Shown here piece by piece: positions 46,916 to 59,600 of a stretch of DNA of 64,000 bases (positions within the stretch are counted from its first letter, which is position 1; every line of letters starts with the position of its first letter). The stretch is from assembly GCF_025612915.1 (NCBI RefSeq), contig NC_069115.1, positions 8,359,492 through 8,423,491 on the forward strand. The letters run 5' to 3'. Under the pieces are notes generated by a model, which was not told where the DNA came from, ran no database searches, and worked only from the letters and a program-made list of their open reading frames with translations. The stretch is from Crassostrea angulata. Its lineage: Eukaryota. A program made the position numbers and the translations under genes.

Positions 46916-48956
46916 CTTCAAAAATCAATATGATTACAATCATGTTCATCCAAGAAAATGAGAATACGTCGCTTTAAATTTTGAATTATAGAAAAAGAAT
47001 TTTTACAGTAACTATTAATTTTCTCTCTAACACTCTGTTCAATTTTATATACACAATATACCTCCTGTAGAAATTCTTCCTCTGCATTAGTGTAAAACAA
47101 GGGACTGTTCTTCTGGCCTTTCTGTCTGTACGTTTTACATACAAGAATGTAGTAGGCAAAGTCATACTTCATTTTCTTATTTTTGCATTTCTCCACTTCT
47201 TTTCTAGTTGAAAAAAATGAACAATATATTGACATTCATTTTTTCTAGATTTTATCCTCCTAAAATAGATCCTTCATGCAATACTGTAAATTCCTAATTA
47301 AACGTGAGGAATTAATATCCGTGCTGGAAGCACCCCTCGCAGATTTTAAAATCTTGCTTTTATTTTCTGAGAGTTGAGAATTATAAGAGATTAGGATAAC
47401 AGTTCTGCATTTGCGATTATATATTCTCGCGTTCTGATACAAAACACCGGGATTGCGTAATTAAGTACTCTTGTAAAATAAGGAATCTACTGTAATACAC
47501 ATGAAAACCAGACTTTACTTAAACCAACGATACAAACATGGGGAGAGATATCTGTGGGAAGGATGTTAATGTATTAAAAAAACATAGACCAGTCAGTCTG
47601 ACTATACTTACAACAATGATTCAAACATGGGGACAGCTAACTGTGGGGGGATGTTGATGTATCTCTCACTGACCAGCAGCCCCACATGGTGGCCCCCATC
47701 ATTGAGCACCTTGCTAAATCTTGGATCCCCTCCACACTTCTGACACTGATCTATCAGCATGGAACGGACCTGCTTTACACACTCCATATCCTGACAACAG
47801 AAACAGTACCATAACATTATTCAGGATCATAGCTGCAGGACCGTAGCTCCCAAGTCTGAAAAAAATTTTGATAGAAAACCTGAGAGCTACAGTTCCTTAT
47901 GTGTTAAAAAATTGCAATTTACAGCACACAAATATTGTTTATTGTTTTGGACTGCTTTTGGATTAATTTTCAGTTATATGTTGTTGTTATGTACCAGGGA
48001 CTTCCATACGTATATGTAGACCATTTTACTGCGATCAAACCGAGAATTGGTCCCTGATTGGGGCCAGTAATTTTTTTAGGGATAAGTATATTTTGACGGA
48101 CTTCTGGTCCTACTGGCCTTAAGTTTTCATGAAGACTGATTTCATCCATGTGTAATGAGTCCACAGTGTTAGTGATATTGTGTTGACCTCTGACCTTTTT
48201 TGTTTGTGACACTGATAACTGAAGTAGTGTAATGTTGTGTTGACCTCTGACCTTTTTGTCTGTGATGTTGATAACTGAAGTAACAGCGAGGACTGGGTCA
48301 TCTTCTGCCATCTCCTCATCATCCTCATCTTCTTCTGGAACATAGGATTGCTAACGGAGAAAATCATCAAGAGATGCAACAAACTTCCTTAGATATCAAT
48401 AATTCATGTACATGTATTACCGTCTCAACAAGTCACTCACACACACATGTTGTATATGGTTGTATTTGACAACAATTTAATCTACTTATGATTTAATTGA
48501 ACGGGTAATAATGAAGTGATGAGCAACGGTTTTACTTGTACTTGATTATAATGTTAAACGTGTTAAATGTGAAGGAATGCTTTTCATTATTCTGGTAGTT
48601 AAATCATTAGAGTCTTTTCAACATGAAAATCTGGAATTGTAAGAGTAAAACAGATCTGATGATGTGACCTTGACTTTGGTCAAATGTCCTCAGGTCAAGG
48701 TAACAATTAAACTTTAATGCCAAGTTGAAACTATGAATCTGATGTTTTTAATGTAAAAAGCATGGATCTGACACCGAAATGGAATGAATAAACAGACAAA
48801 CATAGATGATAATTCCAACCACAATTCCTATATACCTGTCAATTTACTTTATATAAATTGGTATAAATTCATTTTTTTAAATTAAAAATTATTTAAAATC
48901 TTGCATACCTTTACGACACTGCCAACTTGTCCTTGGGAAATAATGATGTCTGCCAT
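46745..48956 (-). CDS. BCCIP: BCCIP-like gene (BRCA2 and CDKN1A-interacting protein homolog), span, ~5 coding exons, ~286 aa
   Basis: Minus-strand exon translations align with human BCCIP: VGLLVSERYINIPPQLAVPMFESL against VGLLLSERFINVPPQIALPMYQQL; LFYTNAEEEFLQE against LMFANAEEEFFYE; FQYSVQAERDTVVAGSWDAED against FNYSVQEESDTCLGGKWSFDD. Confidence 0.75.
47062..47203 (-). CDS. BCCIP: BCCIP-like exon 4
   Basis: (L)KEVEKCKNKKMKYDFAYYILVCKTYRQKGQKNSPLFYTNAEEEFLQE resembles human QKELAGAHRTNKPCGKCYFYLLISKTFVEAGKNNSKKK...ALMFANAEEEFFYE; acceptor CAACTAG, donor GTATAT. Confidence 0.7.
47612..47790 (-). CDS. BCCIP: BCCIP-like exon 3
   Basis: DMECVKQVRSMLIDQCQKCGGDPRFSKVLNDGGHHVGLLVSERYINIPPQLAVPMFESL resembles human TQCVEQIQELVLRFCEKNCEKSMVEQLDKFLNDTTKPVGLLLSERFINVPPQIALPMYQQL; donor GTAAGT. 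Confidence 0.75.
48030..48350 (-). CDS. BCCIP: BCCIP-like exon 2 (acidic N-terminal region, contains an in-frame 57-nt tandem duplication)
   Basis: QSYVPEEDEDDEEMAEDDPVLAVTSVINITDKKVRGQHNITLLQLSVSQTKKVRGQHNITNTVDSLHMDEISLHENLRPVGPEVRQNILIPKKITGPNQGPILGLIA; the acidic stretch resembles the human N-terminal acidic region; phase-0 GTAAAA donor; the lower boundary is uncertain. Confidence 0.5.
48909..48956 (-). CDS. BCCIP: BCCIP-like putative exon 1 (MADIIISQGQVGSVVK)
   Basis: ATG in a good Kozak context (CAGAAATGG) followed in phase by GTATGC donor; needed because exon 2 is open upstream of its first Met up to an AG acceptor preceded by a stop; speculative. Confidence 0.3.
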
Positions 48957-50206
48957 TTCTGATAGGTTAATGTTGGCTTTCAAAAATAACTGAAAAATAA
49001 GAGCATGTGGAAATATTTCTTCTTATTCTCTGGCTGTATCTTCCAATATCACAAAAAATAAAATAAAGAGGTTTGCTTGAGCATAATTCTGCATAAATAA
49101 TTAACATTTTTTTGCATAGAATTGCGATTTCGCTTTTACTTTTAGACAGATGTAAAGTAAATGCAACTATGATAAAATTTGGCATTCACCATTTTATATT
49201 ATCGAGATTTGATGCAAGAAACTTGATTTGCAGAATTAAATACTTGTGTAAAATAAGGAATCCTACGTATATGTAATTTATATTACATGTAAATACCTGT
49301 TGTAAAAGGGTTCTAATTCCATGGAAATCACTTCCCTCGGGTACTCTTGCTTCGAAATCAACTTGGATCTCCTATAGAAAACAAAATTAACAATGGTAAC
49401 CTAAAAGGTCTTCATAGATAGCATTCCAGATGTACATGTACTAATAAGTTAATCATTTTATATTCCCCCAAATACATTCGATTTAAACACATTTTTATTG
49501 TACAAAATTATATCTGGGATTTGACACAAGTTCAGAAACTTAGACCGCCCTCAGGCTCTCCCAAAAAGTATATAATACAGTACAAATAATGTATACACTT
49601 ACAATTTTTACATGTCGATAGTTCAATATACCAGGTACAAGACCAGTCACTCGACAAGGAAGTAGAATATTATTGTACAGAATAATTTATTCCATTTAAC
49701 AAATGAACCAGAGACCAAAATCATTTTGAAAGTTTACAATTAAGTTAAATAATTAAATTTTGAAAAAGAAGCAATTTAAATGCCTCCAAAGATATATATG
49801 GATATCCCTATTTTACATATACCTACTGTAACTAACAGGTTTATCTGTCGACTGCTACCAACTAAAGTAAATGAGTGTCAGTTTTGTTCACTTAAACTAT
49901 GCTTTTCTGAGTAGAAAGCAGATCTATCAACAAGCACATGACTCATACACATCTTTTATTTTTTCCTTGAAGATGACGTATAATTTAAGTTTTGATTTTT
50001 GTTATCAAATTTAAATAAGATGAATGACAAGAAGTAAAATGGTGTTTGAGAGAACATCTACTACTGTATACAGTGTAGCGCAAGAGTAATCTATTTTACA
50101 CCGTGGTAAGTACTGTGCAGCATTTTCACCACCAACTTTGGGTGTAAAATCACTATAACAGAGCGTTGGGCCTAGCTTGTTTGAATAGTATAGGAGTCAC
50201 TGGAGT

Positions 50207-51023
50207 CATCTTCGCTAGCCAAGGGTTTTCGGTCCACTTTGCTCCCCATAAACCCTTGGCGGATTTCATTGCGAAAACTCGGTGATGTGGTGGCGCTATC
50301 TAGCGAGCAACTTGAGTTGCGCCCCTTGCATATTTACATTTTAATCGAATTAAACAACGGGTTATATACACACTACGGCATTAATACAACTTGAAAACAT
50401 GTTGACTACCGAATATTAGAACATAATTAACGATGCTATTAAATACGAATTAAGTTATAAACTAGGGAAAGCACGGAATGTTTTATTCATAGTGTTTTGT
50501 ATGGACCTGTACCAGGAGTGAAAAAGTCGCCGATTTATATGAAAGCTTTCATGTCATAAAACCAGGTATCGTTGTCGTAAATATTGTGAACCAAAGAAAT
50601 TAAATAAAATAAATCTCATTGAACCTTTAAAAGCAATAACCATAAGCAGGAACGTATAAACTAACGGGATGGGCAACGTCTACATTCGCCATGTTTACTT
50701 CCCATGCTATCACGCGAGCCTTGACAAGTTTGTAGAACTATGTTCAATCCCAGTAAAATATATAGGTTTTTAAAGCGATCTGGTTAGACCATCGTTGGCG
50801 AGGCACTAGCTGTTCTCGAGAACTTGTGTCTCAATTTATTATTTACCAGAGATCACACATGTGTTTTCTTTTAAAGTTTATATTTACAAGCACTGCGATT
50901 GGATCAGCTACTCGCAGCTGCAGCCAATCATAAAACGGAGCTCGTCACCGAGTTTTCGCAATGAAATCCGCCAAGGGTTTATGGGGAGCAAAGTGGACCG
51001 AAAACCCTTGGCTAGCGAAGATG
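50207..51023. mobile_element. Non-autonomous DNA transposon, 817 bp, ~79-bp TIRs, 9-bp TSD cactggagt (MULE- or Merlin-like)
   Basis: Left cactggagt|catcttcgctagccaagggttttcggtccactttgctccccataaacccttggcggatttcattgcgaaaactcggtga; right is its reverse complement ending ...gctagcgaagatg|cactggagt; no ORF; a 17-bp solo copy of the terminus (catcttcgctagccaag) sits at 52031-52047. Confidence 0.75.
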
Positions 51024-51907
51024 CACTGGAGTGTGCAATTGAAATTTTCCAAAATATGATTTAAGAACGTCATACAACATTTCTTTAATTTATTTAATCG
51101 TAATGATATCAGTACTAAACTCAATTAGTCTTAGCCTTCTGTTTAAGTGCTTTACTTTAAAATCAAACTAAACCGATACGACGATGGCCGAGGAAACGCG
51201 GGTTAAACATGTGTCTTGCACAACACAGTGAAAAACTGTAATATTTGGAATTATACCTCTTTGATCTCTATCTCTGTGTCCTCTTCCATGTCTTCTGCAT
51301 CACTCTGGTCCGACATTTCATCGTCTTTCGCGACATCTTCCACTCTTTTCTTTTTTGAAGCCATTTTCTTTTATTTTTATTTTTTCGGGAAACTTCAGAT
51401 TTCTATCAATATCGGACCACCGAACCCGATCGTATTTAAAATCTAAGTACTGACAGTATCTAGAGACGAAGTCATGGTATAAGCGTCAACTTGTTTACAA
51501 ATAAAAACTTGTAATATGTAAAATTATTACCACAATCTCTTGGAGAAATTTTGATTTTAAAGTTGCAATCTCTCTGTTTTTACACGGGCATCTAACTGAC
51601 AAACTAAATGCGTGTTAATCCTGACTACCAATATTACTGCAGTACAGTATTATTCCAATTAAATGTATGCGCCTTGGGTTTAAACACTTATTTTAATACT
51701 GCAAGTTAGATGTAAACAGACAAACTGAGTGTCAATTCATTTTTCAATGTAGATTTTTTTTGGTGATATCATCTCATTTTATTTTTTTCATAAAGATAGC
51801 ACGTGTCGAAATGGAACTTTTAAGTAAAATATTTAGTACTCAGTCTCTATGTTATGAATTGTGGACATTATTCTGACAGTCAATCCAACAAGTACAAGAG
51901 ATTTTTT

Positions 51908-51952
<45 letters not shown>

Positions 51953-52979
51953 CGACCATACAGGCAGCTTATACTGATTTAGAATCGCCTTCTTTGTAAG
52001 GAACATCTGAATATAGCAAGCACATGTACACTTATATATACATCTTCGCTAGCCAAGAGTGACGATTCACAGTATTAGAGAATATAGCGGCTAAATACTA
52101 ATAAACCGAGTACTTACATTATTATGGTGAGCAAGGAAGCTTCCAAAATTAAGATATCAATTGCTGGCGATGCAGGGGAACGAAGGGGGTGGTTATTTAG
52201 TGAATGTACATATTACTTTTGTATACTGTTTCCTACAGTACGTCTGGTTTGCGTAAAGCATATTTGATAAGAGTATAGCCTAAAGTAACTCTTAACAATT
52301 AATTTGACAAATTTTATCAAAATTCCAAACCCACATTACTGATTTCAGGATTTTTTTTAAATTCGTGGATATATATTGAGATATGGATTTAAAACTTTTA
52401 TACCGGAAAAATTTACTGCTTGTAATGGAGCATTAGGAAAACCATCATTTCAATAAACATTGAATTGTGGCACAGTGCAAGCTGTAATTAAATTGAGAAA
52501 CCTGAAAAACTCTGTCACTCTTGATCAGTCGTATACGTAAGGTTTTGCTATTAAGCCTGAAACTCTGAAATTACAAACATGCATTGATTTTATGTATGCC
52601 CGTCAATTATAAAGCTGTAAAATGTAGCTTTTTTGTAGAATTAATGACATTTTATTACAGAATGCGTTGATCAATAGTTTTATTCAATCTAAATTGAACA
52701 AAGTATTACAGAAACCTAATCACCAATTGGCATAAGGGAAACAATATTTCTGTGTACAGAGAGTTATTTAATTTAATAGCTGTTAGATGTTGCTCGCCAC
52801 TGCCTAATAACAGCAGCGGAAATCATTTTCTCGGGAAAAGAAGAGAGAGAGAAAGAAAAGAAATGACGGGCTTTGAATATGGAAAGAGAAAAATCAATTA
52901 CAAGATCAAACGAGAAATCTTTTGAAAAATTACAAATATCGCAGTAGTTCTGTAACTCCATTAATAACGAATAAAAAAC

Positions 52980-53420
52980 ACAACAAGTCTAAATGGTGGT
53001 CTCTTTGAAGAGATACGGCGAAGCTCTGACGAGGATCTTTAAAGTCTGTCTGATCGAGAGAGGGGGACCGCAGCTATGAAGGAGGTGCGATGTGGAGTGT
53101 TTCCTCGCGATACGAGGCTTTAAGTCGCGAACAAAAGATTATTGATATATTACAAGATAACGGTCAGAGGAACTGCTGTTTAGGACTGCATGAACAATAG
53201 TCGACAATTACAAGATGTCAAATCAAACCAGACCTACACTTGACGTACAAATCACGCGGGATGTCGTCTGCGAACGCTTGTTGATTTCCGTCGGTGTTTG
53301 GTTCATTAAAATAAGAAAACATGCTACTTTCCTTGCATAAATATGGATAGAATTTGCCCCGAGAACTGTTTTGAAAATATGGACTTTAAAATTTGCTGCA
53401 AATAGCAGCGTGATCCATCG
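52980..53420 (+). promoter_or_regulatory. CpG-enriched candidate promoter/5'UTR region upstream of the HUNK-like start
   Basis: Local cluster of CG dinucleotides (tcgcgatacgagg, gtcgcgaac, cacgcgggatgtcgtctgcgaacgcttg) in otherwise CpG-poor AT-rich DNA, immediately 5' of ATG 53423. Confidence 0.3.
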
Positions 53421-53422
53421 GT

Positions 53423-53635
53423 ATGGAACAGGGAAATTTAGACAAAAATGGAGACGTTTCTGAAGAAACACAACCAGCGGATGAAGATGTTGCTAAGTCG
53501 ACTGGCGAGCATCACTCAACAGAGGAAGCTTCCGAGAAGAAAAAGAAGGTCGGGAGTTACATTCTCGGGAAAACTTTGGGCGAGGGATCGTTTGCTAAAG
53601 TTCGTCAAGGCGTCCATCTTTTAGCACATGAAAAG
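53423..53635 (+). CDS. HUNK: HUNK-like exon 1 (N-terminal extension, Gly-loop and VAIK lysine region)
   Basis: [71 protein letters not shown]; donor GTAAGA at 53636. Confidence 0.8.
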
Positions 53636-56600
53636 GTAAGATTAAGCTCGAACAAAGCCTCAAAAGAATAGAAAGCAGTGGTTGGGGGGGGGGGGGGCGG
53701 GGTAGTCACTCAGCTAGCTGTGTTATAACACTGTTGAAAATGTTTGGTTTTTTTTTTTTTTTTATAAAAATCATAGTTGACTATTTAACAAACTAGACAA
53801 AACTTAGGTAGACCTAATGTACTCTTTTGAATCTGTCATCTTGCGGTTTAAATTCAAAAGTGTCAAAATTAAACTCCTTATTCCACGCCATGTCAATTAC
53901 GCATTGAAGTTGTTCGTAAAACCAATATTTCGTTGCTCATTTGTGTGTGTTTAATTTTTATCCATCGGAGTTTATCGGTCTTAATGTCGAATCCATGTAG
54001 TCAACGACAGTTATGAATCAGGTTTAAATGATTAAAATATTTAGGTTCCTGTGGCACGATATTAAATGTCTTTCTTCAAAATAATACACATTCAGAATTG
54101 AGCACTTTTACATACAAGCAAAACCCAACATTATATTTTACCTTTTAGATGAAGGCTTTAATTTTCATACAAAACTGCAGTGTATAAAGATAACATATTA
54201 TATAATAGATATTTACTCTTATGTCAATGTCCATTGATGCTGTTTTCAGAACACATTTAAATAACATGAATAGATAAGCCATTCGTCGTAATTAAAGTCA
54301 TTACAAACACGACATGAATTCACCATTTTTATAAACGCCGATATTAATTGTACAGAAAAAATATCTGGCTCGCAGTGAAAGAATGCCAATTGAATTTTTC
54401 TGAAACCAATTTTCTGTCTATGAAATGATATATACCCTCTGTATACTGAACTGATATACATGTATACCCGATGTATACTCGCGAGCAATGTTGCTTTTTA
54501 AATTGTATACATAATGCCGCGATTCATAAACGAGTTTCATTTATCTATATATCAAATAGAACAGCTGTTTAAAAAAAACTTTGGTTAATGCTTTAATTTT
54601 TCTGAAAAGGTGAGATGCTATCAAAACTTTGATGAATTTCGGAGATCATGCTTTAAGGTGAAGGTCCCGGGTAATAGCCGGTGTATATTATAGCAACATC
54701 AATTTAAAGTCCTAGATCTTATTTTTAAAATTACATTTATCACTTGACTGAGGTCGTAATAAGTGGCCTAAGATTCTTCATAGATTTTAGCGACACGGGT
54801 ACTTATCCGAAGAGCTCTTGGTATTTGATCTAACAGCGGTCCGCCGATCTTGTAGTTCAAAATGCGTAATTCTACTGTTATAACTGATAAAATGGCGGGA
54901 TTGCCTTATCAACCCTCTCCCCATTTCAGGGATTACGAACTTGTCCACTTCTAAATTGTCAAACTTTGATGAAGAGCGCCAAATCAATAAATTTGGGATT
55001 TAAAAAAGAAGTTAAAAACAACAGACTATCAATATGGTGGGCATTTATTTAGAAATTTTTCGACTTGTTAAATGTCATCTTCCTTCGATTTCAAAATTTT
55101 TTAAACAAAGACTACATTGAAGTCTGAGTAGGTAGAAGTGTATTTGTCCTGAACCCTGACCCTCTGATTTGATAGTTACCAAAATCAATGAAAGCCGCAA
55201 AAAATAAAGGGGGTGTGTGTAAAAATATAGGTAAAGAGCATTGAAATTCTGTTAACACATCAATGCATGGCATCTGAAAAGAAAAAAAAAAGAATGAGGA
55301 CTTTAAATTAAATTTGATTTGATTCTCAATCACGAAGACATTTAACGAAATAAAGCTGATGTTTATCGAATTTGTGTTCATTCAAATGCTCGGTCCATGT
55401 AAAGTGTTTTCAATGCTTACACCCGGCGCTTAATACCTCACTAATTTGATATTGAATGTATTTAATAACGTAACAATCCAAACCGGTTGAGACTGACGGA
55501 GAAACATTGACACCGTGTCAGTCTGTAAGGTATCAGTCTGAAGGTCAAGGTCATCTCCACAGGTCACTCACAGAGGTCACTCACCCCTGTCAAAATCGTT
55601 CTAGTTTGTGGCGCAGTCCCGATGTCTTGTTTGCCAATGTCTACCATGCCATATACACATCGCTTTTGTTTCACTGCAAATCATTTAGTTTGTATTATAC
55701 ACTTTACTTACATGTATACAAATTGATCGACCAGCAGCTTATTTTAGGTTTGTTATGGGTGGGGGTTTGGGGAGGAAAGAGGGTGGAAACTGACGTAAAA
55801 ATGTCTCTTTGAAAATTAATAATTCAATTCTTACTGTGAGTGAGTCACCATTAATTCATAATACAAGTTAATTAGTTATTGGTCAGTTCCAGTAGCTCTG
55901 CTAAACTGGTGTTTACTTTTTTATATAATTATATAGATTTAAGGTATTTCTGACAGAGAACTAAAACGAGTGAGCAGAACGAATCGATAGATGAAACTTT
56001 ATTTTGAGAATGTTAACTGTTTTTTGTCAGTGTTACAGTGTAACTTAATCTTTATTTTGACAGTGTTAAATTTATTTGACAATAATAACTTATTATTTTG
56101 ACAATTTTAACTTTATTTGACAATGATAAATAATTCATTTGACAATGTTAACTTTGTTTTCACCGTGCCAATCTTGACTTAAGATAGTACCCATCTACTT
56201 TTTCAGATATATTTGTGTAACATGAATGTTTTAGACAGTAACTGTTCATGTCATTACCATATTATATAAGGGTCAAGTAAAGTATACATGTATGAATGAA
56301 TGAATGAATAATGAATGAACAAAAAAACCCTGTATAATCCAGTAGCAGACAGGCAACTCGAACCCGACTGATTAAGAATGACAACTCCTTCTGTATGTGC
56401 TCGATATGATCACGTAAATGTAAAGAAAAATCAAAGTACTGAAGTACTGACGGGAGTTGATTTTATCGATTATCATTTATTTTAAAACCAACTTATCTTG
56501 CATGGCAATTAGTTTCTAGTCTGTATTTGAATTACGCACTTTTTTATTATATGAATTTTAGACTTTTCCAATAAGAATTTCGAGAAACCCCATATGAATC

Positions 56601-59600
56601 ATGTTGTGTAATATTTAAAGATAGATTTCAAACTATGTATAAGTAATCGAAGCAATTCTAAAAATTTTATGGAGTACTATTGATATCAAACTCTAGTCTC
56701 GTTCAACCAGACGCCCGGCTGTCTCCGTTAATCCGACAAGCAAGAGAGCCTTTCTGCTGGTCGGAGATTTACGGAGACTGCCGAGCGTTTGGTTAAACGA
56801 GGCAATATTAATTTTACAAATTTTAACCACAGCGTTAACGTTTCAGGTTGCTGTAAAAGTAGTCCCAAAGAAAGCAGTGTTGGTACGTGAGTTTGTCCGT
56901 AAAAATGTCCGCCGAGAAGCCATTGTTCTACAGAAACTGTCACACCCTAACATTATTAAGATGTACGAGGTGATGGAGACGGAGAACTCCTATTACCTCG
57001 TTCTGGAGTACGCCGACTGCGGGGAGTTCATCAAGTACCTGTCAATCAAGTAAATCTGAGTACTATGACGTCATCATAATGTAAAAGAAGATTCATCTGA
57101 AATTAATATATGGTCATAAGTCATGCACTTTAAAATACTCTTGATTTCAGATGTATATGAAACTCAATATTTTCATAAAACCATTCAAAAACTTGCAACA
57201 ATCTGAAGATTTTAACCCATTTATGACACCCTGTATACATTTCAAGATAAGAATGAAGGACTAGGACATAATTTACCATATTCGAAAGTGTATATTTTCA
57301 TGTTGATTTAGTTATACATCCAACCCATGCACACATTTATAGATTTTTGAATGTATGGCATGCTGCATACATGCTATAACTGTGAAAAAGGTACAAAATA
57401 ATGTTAATGTTTCCAAACATTTCAGAAAGTGTCTCCCTGAGATCGAATGCCGGAAGTACGCCCGACAGATCATCTCCGCCGTGGACCACATGCACGTATC
57501 TAACATAATTCACAGGTAATGTAGGCAAGTACTTTATTTTACAGGAAATGTAGGCAAGTACTTTATATTACAGGTAATGTAGCCATGTACACTTGATTAC
57601 AGGTAATTTAGGATGATACTTTTATCTACTGGTAATGTACATACAGCTACACTTAATTAAGGTGATGTTGACAGGTAACTTATATTACAAGTAACCTGGA
57701 CAGGTACTTTAGTTCACATGTAATTTAGACAGGTATGCTTGCCTACAGGTAACGTGAGCAGGTAATCTAATTCAAAGGTAAGACAGACAGGTACAGATTC
57801 TCAAGTCTCATGTAATGGATTCAGGTATAATTTAGTTCATATGTTATAAATTCAGGCATACGGATAGTTTATAGTTAGTTAAGGCGTCTAAACCGTGAAA
57901 TAGTTTCACAAATCAGCAGAAAATAATTTGATTATAAAAGATAGCATGATGTGTAAGAAGTATATAAGTCAGATGGGCGAAAAAATGTGCAATTTTAGAC
58001 AAAAGTGATTTTCAAAAATTTAATTCAGATTATGTATATTAAACAAAAGCCCATTGCGGATTCGAACTCGTGATTTGCGGTTCACAAGCCAGGTATTTTA
58101 AATACAGAGCCATGATTCAACCAAATCGATTGATATAAACAATTTAACAAACCAGATAAATCGCCATCTTTTGACGTAGAGTCTTAAAAAGTATATAATA
58201 TATATAATACTTAGTATAAGTTCCCTTCAATTCTTAATAATAAAAAATATTTATACATTTCATAACACTAAACTTTTATGTGTGTTGATAATTAGTAAAT
58301 AGTAAAACTTATTTCATTTAATACAATTTTTTATGCCGAATAGCCTAGCTGACATTATAGTTTATATTTCAAGTTTTGTGTAATTTTCAGAGATCTCAAA
58401 CTAGAAAACTTCCTGCTGGATGCGAACATGGACATCAAAATCATTGGTGAGTTGTTGCCCTCTAAGAAAACCTGATTTTAACCAGTACATGTATATTAGA
58501 TAATGTAAACCATCAAGTAGCATACAGTAAACTTATCATAGGTCAATAACCTCATATAACCTAGTACATGTATATATGTTTTATAACCCCTCGAACACCC
58601 CCCCCCCTTTCGCGCGTCTCATATGCTTTACAAATGTCTAATTTGAACCCGAATACACACGCCTCCGCGCTTCTCATAAGCTTTACAAATGCCTATTTTG
58701 AATTGGTTGAAACAAGCCATTGTCAAACACATGCAGTTTTAAAATGCTGTAGGATTTGTAAGCGATTTTAAAAATTTGGTTAATGGTTTACTAGATTTCG
58801 CACCTTCACCGTTTAGAAAACAGATATTTTCTTTATATATATGTATATTGCTTTTTGACGTAACATTTTCATGCATTTGTGTTTATTGTTTCTTGCAACA
58901 CACATACAGCATTGCCTATATTTTACATCACAGACTAAATAGCTTTAACACTATTTTAGTATTTCGCTGCTTTTTGACTTTTCATAACAGAGTTTGTCTC
59001 GTAGACTTCAACCTGAAAATGGTGTTCTTTTTTATAGTATAACTGGAGATTACATTTCCATTATTTCTGATTAATTACAGCCTTATTTCTTTGCCAGATT
59101 TCGGCCTGAGTAACGTGTTTTATGGGGAGACCTCGCTGTCCACACAGTGTGGATCCCCGGCGTACGCCGCGCCCGAGATCCTGAACAACCAGAAGTACGG
59201 GCCGGCGGTGGACGTCTGGAGCATGTAAGGGTTGACTGTAAATTTTGAATTTACCCGGTGTGCTAGCACAGCGTCAATTTTGAAATGCATCCACCCAGTA
59301 CAATATGCATGTCTTAATGATATACTTTTATAAGGTCCATCTGTCAGTTTTCCTGAACTTTTCTTTGCCCTTAATTTTGTAAATTTTTTAGAAATAATCT
59401 GTTTGACGAGTATATATATTCTAGAGACAAAAGGATAAGGAATCGAATTTTCGGTTTAATTATTAATAAGCATTATTATAAAATACATTTAAGTGCTAAA
59501 TATGCAAAAATATACACAATGCTATTTGATTATAGAAGAATAAATCATACTTGTAAAATAAAAAAAATTATTTAACATTTTCCTCTGATTTTAACCAAAG

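Noticed and set aside
46918-47061. Continuation of the BCCIP-like exon-4 ORF past the GTATAT donor (…EVYCVYKIEQSVREKINSY...HIDF*)
   Set aside because: Reading through gives a premature stop and misses the conserved C-terminus. Splicing at 47062 to the next exon restores a 19-aa stretch exactly collinear with human BCCIP. The weak resemblance of the read-through peptide (YKIEQSVRE) to the real one (FQYSVQAERD) may be an old duplication, but I could not support it.
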